64,000 nucleotides of DNA from Podarcis filfolensis (taxonomy: Eukaryota): assembly GCA_964270895.1 (NCBI GenBank), contig OZ185438.1. One strand, given 5' to 3'. Made by a program: the position numbers and the translations under genes. Under the pieces are notes generated by a model. It did no database searches, was not told the origin of the DNA, and saw only the letters and a program-made list of their open reading frames with translations. Below are positions 22,801-34,850 of the stretch, one piece after another. Each line of letters opens with the position of its first letter. Positions within the stretch are counted from its first letter, which is position 1.

Positions 22801-25800
22801 GTAGCTCTTCATCTAGCACTCTTATGTAATGCTATCAATTCATTCTGCATTGCTTACAATGGGTCCTGCATCCTGATTTTTGTGGTTTTGACAGCCCAGG
22901 TTTCAGCTGTGGAAGTATACACACCAGCAGAACTCTCTGTGGAGAATGGGACAGAAACGAAGCTTCCGTGCAGCTTTTCATCCTCAGAGGTGATCAGCAG
23001 TGCCGCTACTGTTACCTGGAGCTTTCAACCAGAGGGATCAACTACTTCTGTGTCGGTAAGAGATGATGATTGAAGTAAGATGAGAATTAAACAAGAGCCT
23101 GCGACAAAGCAGATTAAACATTTCCCTGCTATTTCATACCTGTCTGCTCCTGCTCACTTTTATCCCTGGTAAGAGTACATATTTAGGCTGCCTCGGAATG
23201 CCAGTTGATCCTATTATGTTTGGTATCATGGATAGTCGTCCTTCTGTGTTTGCTCCACAATACTTCAGTAGCAAAAGTATTATTAAGGTGAGGGGTTGTT
23301 TTGAACTAGTGACACATTTGTTAGCCACCTATGTATTCTGATTTTGTTTAGTGAGTTTCTTTATTACCCACACTTCACCATAGGTTCCTGTTTTGTTAGC
23401 AGGATATGTCAAGTTTAAAGGTGTATGAGGTGATGGCAATAATAGGTCCAGTAGTGATCCTGTAACAGCAGCTGGAAATTGGGGCAAGTGAGTCTGAATA
23501 AGGTCTCACCCTGAGCAATTGTATCTACTCCCAGACCTCCCTTTGTGGGGAAAACTAGGATTTTAACACTGTATCCTGTTTTGTGTTCCCGATTACAGTT
23601 CTTCTATTATTCCCATGGCAAATCATATCCTGGGAAGGATACACAATTTAAGGACAGAAGCAGCTGGGCAGGTGACCTTAACAAGAAAGATGCATCTATC
23701 AGTATATCCAACATGCAATTCCGGGACAATGGCACTTTCATCTGCGATGTCAAGAACCCTCCAGATATAGTTGTCACACCTAGTGAAATCAAAGTCAGAG
23801 TTGTGGAAAAAGGTACTGCCGTCTCTGGATACAAGAGTGCTAGTAATGATGGTTGATAAAATGCTTTTGTGAAATATTTGATTAAATCACTCTACAAAAA
23901 CCCATCACTTACAGGAGTATTATTTTGGCTGTTCTTGCATAACTTGTATTTTATTCAGAATGTTTCTGTGAATAAATTGAACTGTATTAAAAGAACTAAA
24001 AATCCTGTATGTAGTTAGGTTTTGGAATTATGGTGTTAATTTGCTTCTTAGAGCCAGCCTTAGCTGTCTGGTAAACAGTCTGGAAGGTGCTACAAATTTA
24101 TAAGAAAAAATTGGTTTATATTGTAGTCTATTGATAGGATTAAGTCAGCTACTGTATGCTTATTTTACGGTTGAAGTTGTTTGTAGATAGAGATAGAAGA
24201 GATAATGTAGCCCAAGCATATAACTAAGGAGTGATTTGAAATAGACTAGATCTGGGTGGATTTCAGAATGAAAAGAAGTTCAGTAGACTGCTAAAATAAC
24301 TTCTTTTAAACAAATGGCGTTCACAGCTAGAGAATAAGGTGTTCTCAGCAGTGGCTCTTTTCCATAGTTAGACATGAGTATATATGTATATGTATGTTTC
24401 TTAGATGTGCCAAGTTCGCTTTTGTACTTCTGTGAATCCTGAGTCTTAGTATAGTTGTATCCCTTTGCTCCAATACAATACAATACAAGTGTAATCTTGC
24501 CAAGAGGCAACTGTTACTAGTTTATGATTATTGTGATTAATGTGTGAACTGACTCTTGATTGTGGTGTTGAGGCAGCTTCTCAAATGTGATGGGTGTGCA
24601 TCTAAAACATGGCAAGTTCTTCATGAAAATGCTTGGAAGCAGGGTTCAATTATTTCCTGATTGGCTCTTCTGAGCATTTTAAAGCATTGGCTCTTATGTA
24701 GATGCCTTTTACACTCAGCAGGAGGTTTGTGTGTTTTGTATGCTGGTATGCATAGCAGACTACAAATTTTTGTAGTGAAATTTGGCCTTCAGGGGAAGTC
24801 CACTTATTGTTCAACCTCATCTTTCCCATGGGGCTACTGATGGGCTAAATGAGAGATTAATTGTACTTCGTATGATGTAAAAATGCCATTGAAATCTAAT
24901 GAACCTAACACCACAGATCATGCTCATGAGTTTTACTTGAGGTTTGGGATATAAAAAAGACCAAGGAACATGCCATTACTGAGACAGATGCACCCTTAAC
25001 CTATGCATATAAAAGCCAACGCCAATGATATATTGATAAATGTAAAAGCTAAGCAGACTGGACTGAAACTTTTCTTCTCTCCTCAGGTAACTTGCCTGTG
25101 TTTCCCATTACTCTAGTAGCAGGGGCATCCATTGGTGGAGTTCTGGGCTTAGTTTTGCTCATCGTTCTTGTTGTGTGTGTCGCATGCAGAAAGAAGAACT
25201 CTAAAAATCATTACTCTGGGTAAGATGCTCCCCTTGTTCATTTATTTAGGTGTTGTTGTTTTTTTATTAAGGCCGGGGTAGCTGAACCTGCAACAGGAAT
25301 CAATCATACATGTTTTGTTCATAGTACTAAATTGACTGTGGCCACTGGGACACATTCCTCTAGTCCCAAACTATTAATTGTTGACTTCATTGTGCATACA
25401 CCTTTCAGGGTGTATAAGTCCTACTAGATACATGTTGGAAGGGAAGCGTGCATCATAAAGCTGTCCAGAGAGGCAGCCCTACACTCTTGTCTTCCAAAAA
25501 TAAAGGGGCTCTTGCAGCTCAGGATGAAGTGCAAGATAAAGGCTGGACAACTCTCTACATCTTGGATTGTACAACTCTATTTATGAGTTTGGAATGTGGC
25601 TCCTTTTACAACAGTCTGCTTGCCAGAGGTTTCCAAACCTAGCTTTGGGAAAACAGTTCCTCTACTATCTTCACTGGCTTCACCATCTGCATGACTTCCT
25701 TTTTTTTCCTTTTTCCTTTTTTTGCACTTAAGGTACCTTTTTAATTTGCATTGAATAACTTCTGTTGGGAAGTATTTTCAGGGTAGAATCTAGAGCTTTA

Positions 25801-28800
25801 ATCCAGAGCTTTTAGAATGCCACGAAATGTTTTGTTGGTGGGTTCCTTTGAGGTGGTGGTGGGACTTTTATCTTGTTTGCTTTACCACTTAACTCCAACA
25901 GAAATGCAGCCCTTGTACACAAAAACCTGAGCACACGTGTTCTGTGGGGATTGTCATTCCACTGCCCAACTCTTTCCTGCTTTTTGTAGATCCAGTGAAT
26001 GCTATGAACAAAGCCTTCAAAAGTCTAGTTTCTGATGGGTGTGTTTAATTGGCAATACCTTATTTTCAGCTGGAGATTTTAGAGAAGGGTTGCAGTAGGA
26101 GTCAGTGGTAAGATTGAGCAAGTGCAGTGAAATGTGCTTTGTAAGCTCAGTGTGGAAAGCACAGTTTCCTTTCTGCATGTGCTCTTTCAGTAACCACTTA
26201 AAGGCAGCTTACACTGATCTGCACTAAAGGATCCCAAAGCCCAATATGGGTATTTAACTCCCTGTCCAGTGTGTTCTTGCTGAAAGGTGCTGGATTTGGA
26301 ACAGTAATATGTTTGCATTGTCTTCTACAACTAAAATCAACCCCCAGCAATGTAGAAATGGATAACGCTGCTTTCACTGACTACACCAGCTCTTTGTTCC
26401 TACTGATTACTAAGTGGCAGGGTGTGTTTGTGCTGTAATTGCTGAGCAGGGCCACATAATTTTGCAGGGGTCTAATTTCTAGATGAAACTAACACCAGCA
26501 TTATAATGGATTGATTTGGGTGGTGGTGGAAACCCTTGCATGGCAGTGTCACAACTTCTGTTCTTATTCTGACATTTTGGTTTTTTCCTTCCTGCTTTGG
26601 TGTGCTGGGATCGGATCCTGCTCTTACCTTCCTCTGCTTACAGAGATCCTGATATAGACGCAAGATTGGGAATGTAACAGGGCTGGGTCTCCTCTTCCGG
26701 TCCCACTATATACCATGGTAACTAATCACATTGGTGGTTGCTCTTTGGTACTTCGTGTGTGTGCGTGTACACATTTCTGCCTCCTTTGCTGACTACCCGG
26801 CTAACATATCTCCATCACTCGTGCTGAAATTCTGTTTTGTAGACTGTTGGTGAAGGGGCAGCACATCTCATCTACTGCTTGAGTTTTGTTGTCTCATTTC
26901 CTTAATTGTGACGGCAATGCTCATTACCTTCAGAATCAGTATTCCATCTCTTGCCAGCAAGCTCATGTGCATGAATGAGTGTGGGGGATCTGGACTCTGT
27001 ACACTGTGAGAGGAGAAAATCATTCAGTAAATAACTGAATTTTCCATGCAAAGACCTTTAATTCAGTGTTATTTTTAGATCCAGGTTGCATGAATTCTTG
27101 GGATATACTCCAGACATTTTATTAGTCCCTTGGCCACCGTGTATGCTGTGATTCAATCCCAGTAAGAATGGAAGCCCATTTACTGGTACTGAAATGCCTT
27201 TCCCCCCCCTCAGTACTATATTTCCCTATGTACTGCTGCATATCTCGTGTCTGCTTTTTTAATGTTTAAATATTCCTGTTGGATAAGAGAAAGTAATGGT
27301 TTGCAGGGAACTGCATTCTGCTTAATGTCATTGTCACATTGTCATGATCCATGTCTGCCTGTATATGCTGTGTGTGTGTGTGTTGTGTAAAGAAAACAAA
27401 ATGATTGAGAGAAACGGTGGTGAGTATTCCTCCTAGGCCAAGTTAGGTCCTATACACGTTGCCCCAATGGCTTCTTTTTAAACAGGACAAGCCATTCTTA
27501 GAGGGATGAGGAAGAAAGCTTAACTCGTTTCCTGCCCAGTGATTTCTTCCCTCTCCAAATTATTCCCTGCTTGTTGGTGGAACACAACACATGTTGTGCT
27601 CCCACATCTTCGGTATCAGCCGCTCATCTAGAATAGACTTTGTACCAACTTACATACAGTTACATAACAGTATTGTTTGGTCCTCAGGTGTCTGTGAGCA
27701 TGAGTGTTAGGAATTATTGAGAGGCTTAGTCAATGTTCAGTTCAATTGATTTTGAAATGATTCCTAGTTTGTTTGTTTTTAAGCAGAAGTGAGAGTGCAT
27801 CAGTTCAAGGACATAGCTGACATATCAGTACCCCAAGCCCTTTCTAAATAGATGTTCCCCAAGTTTCCGAAGCTTTGTACATAGTAGTATTAATATATTA
27901 ACAGACAGTGTTCCAGTCGATGGATGCTTTCTTTGCTGCAGGCATTCCACTTACTAAAATGATTGGACTAAAAAATTTGGTGGTCGAGATCTATTCCTTG
28001 ACTTCAGCTACTGTGAAGACATTGTTTAAGGCATTTATATACTGCCCTTAATAATATTTATTCCAGAGTGGTTTGTAATGCACATTAAAAGAGCCAACAG
28101 AAATAAAATATACAGTAAAACAAAACAAAACAAACAGGAGAAATTTAAATCTAAAACAGCAGTGTAAAATTTCAGGTCTAGTGACCTAAAATACTGCATC
28201 CCTTCAACACTGAAAATACAAATTGTTAATATGCCTGAGAAAATGCAAATGTCTTAGCTGGACAGCTAAAATATAATACAGTAGTCACCAGGCAAGCCTC
28301 CTTGGGGAGAGAGTGCCATAACCATTTGAGGACATGTCATTGCTGAGCGCCTGTTCTGTTGTGGCACTTGCAAGATAGGGTGCAGTCACTAGAAAAACAG
28401 CAATTTTCCGCCTAGTTAGAAAGGAATCCATCTTCAACTGTACACTTATGTGTAAGTGAATTCTGATGTCTCGGGCAGAGACAACAAGAAACTACTTCCC
28501 TGGATCCTGAGGCAGGGTCGCCTGTGTGACCCTGTTAGCAAGAAACTGGTTCTTGTGAAAGCTGCTGGCCTCTATTGGGGTTGCTTTCTTCCATCCCAAG
28601 GCTGGGTTGGATGTACATCAGAGAGAAGAGGAGGTTTAGGAGTGATGGTACTGAGCCAGCACTAGGGAGAGGATGTATGTTGTGTTGTTCACCAAGTTCA
28701 CCTTTTACTTTGGCATAAGTTGCCACGTCATCTTGCCATCACTTGCCTTTGTTTTTGTTTTGTTTTTTTGTTTGCCTCTTGAACATTGTCCTGCAAACTC

Positions 28801-31800
28801 TGCTCTGCCACCTCGTCAGCTGCAGTACCTCTGAGAGCTTGGTGTCTCCAGTTAAGCAGGCTCCACGGAAGACCCCCTCCGACACAGAGGGTCTGGTAAA
28901 CAGCGTGCCCATCCGATCACACCAGGTAAATGGCATCATGATGCTTTGGGAACTCTTAACTTGGAGACCTTCAGTGATGGGAAAGGTGGTATTCTTGTTG
29001 AGGGGAGGGAGACTTAGAGCAAAGTTAAAAGTGTTACAAAGATAGACATGATGCTCCGGGATGGTTTCAAATTGGATGGGGGACCACGGGTTGAGATTCC
29101 TGCACTGCAGGTAGTTGGACTAGAGGACCCTCGGTAGGGTCCCTTCCAACTCTACAGTTCTATGATTCATTTTCGAAGATGAGGGATGTTGTTTACTGCA
29201 GTCGTTTTCTGTACTTGACAACTTCAGTAGTAAACAACTTCAGATAGTGAAAAGATTCAATAGGGCTAGTCTTTGTAAGTAAACAGTTGTTGCAGCGAAA
29301 GCAATTATTGTGCCACAATATCCTAGCTCGGAGGGAGCCATCTGACTCACATGAATTGATCTGTGTTAGGTTGAGTGAATTGTCCTTCTTGTGATACAGG
29401 TTTTCACTAGGAAGCTCCTTTATTTGTAATTCTGTGATCTTGGCAGTGCTGAGTATTTATTGTTCCTGGACTTTTCCAATTACCATTTATCAGAGCTAAT
29501 AATATTTTAGCCCCTTTGCTTCATTGTTCTGTATATCTCCTTATCCCCACAAAGTGTCAGGTAAACATAGACAGCAGACCATTGCTCCCCACTTGGAAAT
29601 ACTCATTCTAGATAGAGTCTTGCTCAACAGGAAATGAATAGTGTTTCTTTTCCTTTCTGTTTTTTTTAAACATATAGACTGCTTTATGAGAAAGCTCTGT
29701 ACATAATAAATGTATCAGTAAAACAGATGAAATCAACCAAACCATTAAAAAAAACCTATAGCAGATTCCATGGAAACATAGGTGAAAAACAGACATTTTG
29801 AGAGCAGGGATATATTAGTTAATGTTGACAAAGATGAGGAAGGAAATAGCCAGATTTCCTTTCTTTTGTATTCAGTTATTTGATGTGAAGTGTTGGGTGG
29901 AAAAATGGAAACTAGATAATGGAAGCGACTAGCTCTCCAAATTGTATCAACTTGAACATCTTAGTCTGTCAAAATATGTTGAAAGCTACGGGTATCAGAA
30001 TAGAGCTGTGGTGATGCTGAGATGCTTCAGCAGGAAAGGATTTTGTTAAAAATATATATATTGAAAAGGTAGGTTTTTATAAAATATTTATAAAACTATT
30101 TGAAAATGAAATGGCTAGATGACAATATAGACCTTTCCTTCTGCTAGTTTGAAACATTACGATACAAATTAACATTTCAGTTTAATAAAGCAGGGTAAGA
30201 AACCTGCAACCCACCAGATGTTGTTGGACTCCAACTCCCATCATTCTTGACTATTAGCTGTGTATGCTGGGAGTGATGGCAGTTGGAGTCTAACATCTAG
30301 AAGGCTGCAGGTTTTCCACCCCTGTAATAAATAAAGAGACGTTCTTAAGGCATAGTTCATTTCTGGCAGTCCTCTTCACTTGGTTGAAGCTGGTGGTATT
30401 AGGTGCTCTTTGAAAGGGGCAACAATATTGATAGAAGCCACTGGTTTTTCCTTGTTGCTTCTAGGACAAGCAAGTCTTGGCTGTTGGGTGAAGTTAGTTC
30501 TGGTTCAGAGACTGTTTTTGCCAGCTATCTACAATAGGGGAAGCATAGGATTTTGAACGTTGTAGGCCTGCTTCTTACAAACTTTAAAACAAAACATTAT
30601 TGTGTAGACTCTTACAAAGTCAATAGCGCCATGAAGACATGCATTTCAATAGTCTAATCTGGGGAGGTTGTGTGCACATGAAACTTGCACATAGCCATGC
30701 ATCTTAGAAGCTATTTCTAATGTTACTGTAATATGGATATGACAGGAGCCACAATAAACAAAATCTGGCAAGTGGAAACACTTATTTTTATTCTAGCCTA
30801 AACAGGAATATCCAGAGGTTCACATGCCTTATTTATTAATGTGTGTGGGACTAGTAGATAATGTCTGGGGAACATGGAGATAGATGGAAGTGCTTTTGTT
30901 TTTAAGAATACCAGAGTGAGTTGACTTTTATATGCAGACATTTGCTTCTTTTCTTACTGAAAGCACAGTAGTGGTATTGTGGAATATTTTTAATATATTG
31001 GAGCAAAATTAGAAGGCTGCTGTAAGAGGAGTGTCCAGTTTCTAGGAAGTACTCTTGGTTTGCAGCTTCTCTATAGGAATGGGATATTTACATTGTTGAG
31101 AAGATGAGAGGTTCTTTCTTATTTGTTTATTTATTTAAGTAAGTAGTGGAGGAAAGGAGGGAGAAATTAACATTTCATTACAATGGTTTACTTTAGAAAC
31201 AGGGCAAAAGATACTATCCAGTCTATCTGTCTAGTCTACCAGTTTGCTATTTCCTTCCTACATATTTTAAATCCTGAAGTTAATGTAATGGTTGTGAAAG
31301 CAGGAAGGTTGTTGCCTGAGGTTGTGTTTCAAACAGCATGCATCAGAGTTGTCTTGTTTGGCTCACTGCATCTTGAGGCTGGCTGATTGCTCATTGGGTT
31401 TGCTTTCACTCTTGTCCGTACCAGTGAATTCATTTGAGATGTCATCTATTTCTCACAACTGTGCATGTCTGTCTGGTACCACATGTCCTAGTGGTTCTCA
31501 TTCCTCTCTGTTGTTTGGCTGTACAGTGTTTGCTCATTTTGAATGTGATCATTGTCAATGTTTTCTTATTTCTAGATCTAATGCATAACTGGCTGGTTAT
31601 CTAAGCTATCCCATATGTATAACTGATAAATTAGAAAGAAGACTGTATCCCTCTTGTGTCCTATTCCAAAGAGTGCTTTTGTACCTGACTTTATTAACCT
31701 GTGCTTCTCCTCTGATAGGCAGATGCAATTTCAGATGTAAAACTTTCTACTTCTAACTTCTAAGCCACACATCTGGTTCCTTTCTTCCAATACTTGGATA

Positions 31801-34112
31801 GCCTACACACCATTCAGTACTTTTGTTGTATGGGACACATATGCCTAGTAAAATCTGCATATTGCCCTGTGTCTGATGCATAGGAGTAGACAGACATTGG
31901 AAAGCTATTGGAACAACTTAAAAAAAAAAGAAAAGGTGTCATTCCCAGCGAGCAACTCTTCAGAGGAATACTTCCAGATGATGTTTTCCATCAACTAGCT
32001 ACTATATATACTTAATTGAATTATTATTATAGTTAGGCTCACATATTTGTTCTGAATTCCTGCATATGGACAGTGATCTCTTGATATTTTCCAGGCAAAT
32101 ATGTCATTATCTGAATCCTCTCTTCCCTCGTTATCTGAATCCTCTGTAGTTTTGTAGGAACTAGCAGACGGTCTCTAAACAAGGAACTTGGTATTATTCA
32201 AAGGAAAAGCTTTTTTTAAAAGGCCAGTACTTTGATATAGAAGAAAAGACGATTTTCCTTTGTCTTGGCTGAGTTCCAAGAACTCGGGGCATTAGCCTTT
32301 GGAGTAGCATCTGTTGACGTGAGAGAGTTGTGGTCTTATATGAAAGAACAACAAAGTCATTTGTAAAGCAAACAGGAATAAAAACGTGCAGAGCATGACT
32401 CATTCATGTGGCTTCCACAAGAAGCTGCCTTAGATCCAGTAATGGTGTTGAAAACCTTTGGTGAACTGTGTGGCTTATGGAAGAAGCTTGCTATACATAC
32501 TACAGATTTGAATGTTCAAAAAAAACATTTATACTTTTGGCCATAACTTCACTGTCTGCAGCTGAAGAATATGCGTCTTTCCAGCTAGCCATCCCCAACT
32601 ACTTTCTTCCTCTGCACTGGTTCCTAAAGTGCTTTCTTACTGCACTATTGATCCTCTAGTCTTCCTTATAATTAAACTGTATTGACATTTTTAAAATGCA
32701 CATTTCCAAAGAGAGTTGTTGTGGCTGATTGTGGGAAAGAATGGTAAGCCAATTAAACATTGGTGAATGTAATTTTAGATTTGAGTATTGCCAAGATCAT
32801 GCCTCCTTTAAAGCTCGATTCCTTGTGGGCTACACAGCCTTATTGAGCATAAAAAATTACAGATTATTCTTCCAACTCCCTGTTGGTTTCTCATTTGTTT
32901 GTTTTTAAATACTCCACGATCATTGCTGCCATCTAGAGGTGTAAGAGTTGCTGGACAGTCTTTGCTTTTGGTTTTTGCTGACGAACTTCTTGTATTGTAG
33001 TGTCTTTGTGGACACTGCAGACAGATGCAGAAAAATACTGAATCACAAAAAGCCGATAGTATTTCTGAAGGACAATTTTTGGATGATCATGATGATAACC
33101 CAAGATGGGTGTGTAGACACAGATTCTTCACTCATCCTTATACAAGTTGGCAGCCAGGAAGTCTTCCATTAAGTTTCCCATTTTGTCTGAACCAGAAATC
33201 TCTGGTTAACAGATTCAAAACAAGCCACAATTTGAAGTTGGCTAGTATCCTTCTTGTTCTGAAGCTGTTTCTTTTTTCATCTAAAACAGGATATTACTAT
33301 TAATTGTAGTTAATGAAAGTCTTCCTGGTTTGTTTACCAGCTTCTGCTAAAAGAAGAGGAAAGGTGCTTTGAGTGTGTATGCCCCCAAAGCTGATCCATT
33401 GTCAGTGTGAAGACAATCTGGATGAAGTGCAGTTTGAGGAACACAATTTTCAGCCTTGTATTTGCTCAAGGTGGTAGATGAAATTTAAAATTCCAACCTG
33501 TTGTCTTAATTTAGTATATTGCAGCAGCTCCCAAGAAAAATACTGCTAGCGTGACACGTCCCTGTCTGATTCAGCACAAATGGAGCCTATTGAATGAGCT
33601 AATTTTAGCTGGACTGTGAATTCTTGATGCACTCTTTCAAAATATCAATCCATTCTCTGCTCCGTTGTTCGGTGAATTGTTCTGAAGGCTACAAGCAATT
33701 CCATCTACCTGAAGAATGAAGTGCCAGATTTCTATAAGAAAATATTTGCAGATTCTTTCGCAGGACTTTATCGCAGTAGATTAATTTCTTTAAAAAGTCA
33801 ACTTGACTTGCATAGTTTATAGGTAGACCCAAACAGATAAAAGAGGGGAAAAATGTGTGTCTTGTGTACATTTAATAGTGTTTTGTTTGCTTAATGCTCA
33901 TTAATTTCCTAATCTAAAGATTAATTTTGTCTTTACACTTCCTGCCAGCAATGTACTGAAGGAATCATGCTCTTTCATCAGTTTGCTTACTCTGTATTTC
34001 TTTTTTTTAGGGCCCAGTAATTTATGCGCAGTTAGATCACTCTGGAGGGCGTTACAGTGACAAGATCAACAAGTCGGAATCTGTCGTCTATGCTGACATT
34101 CGGAAGAACTGA
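7058..34112 (+). CDS. MPZL1: Myelin protein zero-like 1 (PZR), complete spliced CDS join(7058..7190,22895..23055,23599..23812,25087..25219,28820..28925,34011..34112), 849 nt, 282 aa
   Basis: All introns GT-AG with consistent phases (1,0,1,2,0). The protein has a signal peptide, a V-type Ig domain (KLPCSF...WSFQPEG...FKDRSSWAGDLNKKDASI...FICDVKNPPDIVV), a TM helix and a tail with two ITIMs (VIYAQL, VVYADI) ending RKN, matching human MPZL1 as recalled. Confidence 0.96.
8988..9121. mobile_element. Short hAT-type MITE
   Basis: Degenerate TIRs (caaggccttttttcag / ctagaaaaataccactg); 8-bp flanks AGTATTAG and GGTATTAG (7/8 match). Confidence 0.65.
9351..9592. mobile_element. Tc1/mariner (Tigger/pogo-like) MITE
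   Basis: Perfect 21-bp TIR CAGTGGTACCTTGGTTCTCAA; TA on both sides. Confidence 0.92.
9607..9856. mobile_element. Tc1/mariner (Tigger-like) MITE, different internal sequence
   Basis: TIRs tagtggtacctccggttgcg / cgtatccagaggtaccactg; TA flanks; internal ~31-bp duplication. Confidence 0.85.
11050..11215. mobile_element. Tc1/mariner (Tc2-like) MITE with CCGTATTTT TIRs
   Basis: ta|ccgtattttac...gaaaaatatgg|ta; repeated tataagacg subterminal motifs. Confidence 0.85.
11321..11565. mobile_element. Tc1/mariner (Tigger-like) MITE
   Basis: Perfect 18-bp TIR CAGTGGTACCTCGGGTTA; TA flanks. Confidence 0.92.
12045..12156. mobile_element. Palindromic hAT-like MITE family, degenerate copy
   Basis: cagatgttgttgg...tccaacaacatct core, shared with copies near 22017, 30191 and 41119; boundaries approximate. 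Confidence 0.65.
13161..13543 (+). mobile_element. L2 LINE 3' end with (TTA)n tail
   Basis: YLKERLHP...RQRAFSVVAPSLWNALPPDVKENNNYQTFRRHLKAALFREAF, then 3' UTR and a (TTA)n run ending 13543. Confidence 0.92.
14155..14230 (-). mobile_element. Penelope-like terminal fragment
   Basis: Reverse complement resembles the ...aaagactaacaaatttattatggcataagctttcgtgggct...gatgca sauropsid repeat as recalled; a related copy lies at 46712. Family assignment uncertain. Confidence 0.45.
14665..14775 (-). mobile_element. Old MIR-like SINE fragment
   Basis: gtgaggtaggttaggctgagagatggtaactggcccaaggtcac; a related copy lies at ~50960-51055. Confidence 0.55.
15676..15901. mobile_element. Degenerate Tigger-like MITE
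   Basis: ta|cagtgtacctcagttgtc...gacaaccgaaataccactg|ta. Confidence 0.75.
16840..17400 (-). mobile_element. Degraded L1 ORF2 C-terminal (Cys-rich) fragment
   Basis: Minus frames give HLTATKI...LWRAGE and MWWFCKAVRSF...IFKELCLINKIELESSPQLPL, resembling the L1 WHLTP.K...CWRC...HMWW.C motif; disrupted; boundaries approximate. Confidence 0.55.
19337..19577. mobile_element. Degenerate Tigger-like MITE
   Basis: ta|cagtgcaacttc...aaaaccgaggttccactg|ta. Confidence 0.75.
19773..19826. repeat. (GT)14(GC)3(AC)10 inverted microsatellite
   Basis: Read directly; perfect 46-bp palindrome at 19781-19826. Confidence 0.95.
19900..20870 (-). mobile_element. Degraded CR1 LINE ORF2/RT fragment
   Basis: Minus-strand remnants resembling LKCEIA...WKV, (G)SLQGSVLG.L and KDL..MVD motifs of CR1 ORF2, with stops and frameshifts; boundaries approximate. 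Confidence 0.7.
20930..21160 (-). mobile_element. Older L2 3' fragment
   Basis: gagcattccaga...gccaccactgagaaggc...tttaaggtatt...aaggctttataggt is typical antisense L2 3' sequence. Confidence 0.55.
22017..22133. mobile_element. Palindromic hAT-like MITE family, degenerate copy
   Basis: Similar to the 30191 copy (ggccttccagatg...gggagctatagtc...tggagagtcacag). Confidence 0.55.
22895..23055 (+). CDS. MPZL1: MPZL1 exon 2 (QVSAVEVYTPAELSVENGTETKLPCSF...WSFQPEGSTTSVS)
   Basis: Acceptor ttttgacag|CC, donor TCG|GTAAGA; N-terminal half of the Ig domain. Confidence 0.9.
23599..23812 (+). CDS. MPZL1: MPZL1 exon 3 (FFYYSHGK...DVKNPPDIVVTPSEIKVRVVEK)
   Basis: gattacag|TTC...AAAG|GTACT; 214 nt; second half of the Ig domain. 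Confidence 0.97.
25087..25219 (+). CDS. MPZL1: MPZL1 exon 4 (transmembrane, NLPVFPITLVAGASIGGVLGLVLLIVLVVCVACRKKNSKNHYSG)
   Basis: cctcag|GT AAC...TCT GG|GTAAGA; 133 nt; hydrophobic helix followed by basic residues. Absent from the ORF track. Confidence 0.96.
28025..28330 (-). mobile_element. Old L2 3' UTR fragment
   Basis: atttatatactgccc...gcctgagaaaa...ggcaagcctccttggggagagagtgccata; boundaries approximate. Confidence 0.45.
28820..28925 (+). CDS. MPZL1: MPZL1 exon 5 (CSTSESLVSPVKQAPRKTPSDTEGLVNSVPIRSHQ)
   Basis: cgtcag|C TGC...CAC CAG|GTAAAT; 106 nt. Confidence 0.96.
29060..29168 (+). mobile_element. CR1 LINE 3' end
   Basis: gttggactagaggaccct...ggtcccttccaactctacagttctatgattc is the characteristic CR1 terminus. 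Confidence 0.8.
30191..30324. mobile_element. Intact-ended palindromic hAT MITE
   Basis: TIRs cagggtaagaaacctg / caggttttccacccctg; 8-bp flanks TAATAAAG and TAATAAAT. Confidence 0.8.
34011..34112 (+). CDS. MPZL1: MPZL1 last coding exon (GPVIYAQLDHSGGRYSDKINKSESVVYADIRKN*)
   Basis: Strong T-tract acceptor ttttttttag|GGC; two ITIM motifs; TGA at 34110-34112. Confidence 0.97.
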   Translation, partial: GPVIYAQLDHSGGRYSDKINKSESVVYADIRKN

Positions 34113-34850
34113 GGAAATCCCAACCAACCCAAAGCTAAACAAAAATTCAAACTGGAATCGCTTGAAGAAGATTGACCCAGAGAACTCACATGTGGCCTTT
34201 GATGCCTAGGCTAGGACCAATGCATGTGCATACAGAGAGAAAGAGATTATATATGTATTGTGTGTAAATAGTCTATTTAAATCGTACAGAACTGAGACCA
34301 ATGTTGCATGTTGAAATATGATATGAATTCTGCTTATAAATTGCTAATATTTTTTTTTTTTTGTATCTAGGATAAGAGGAAGAAAGCAAATATTCATATT
34401 ACACCTTTAAGTGATTTCTCTGTTCTATGGAAAAACTGGAAAATTCCTGGATAGTCTAATGGATTTGATACTTTGTTTTTTACAAGATTGATTTCTTTTG
34501 ATGAAATAGACTTGAGGATAAGTGTTTCTGCATGAGGATTCTCTTTTCCTATTCTGGTGCTTTCCACACAGTTTCATATAAATTCACTCCTGTCTTTCAT
34601 TCCCAATTCCCACTTACCTCTTTCTACAGTAGGGTCGGAAAGCCCTCCCCTGCCTTCAGTTTCCAGCCTGGTCCTCGTATTGGCTGAAGCCAAAGTTCTA
34701 TCTTCAGGGCATTAACTAACCTTTGTCTCTTTTTGGCGCAGCGCGCTCCCCACCCCAATAGCTTTTAGACATTTTCATTTGGTCATTTCAATCATGAAGC
34801 ATTAACAAGAAGTCCCTCTAATTTTTATTTCCCGCTGGTGATTTTTCTGC

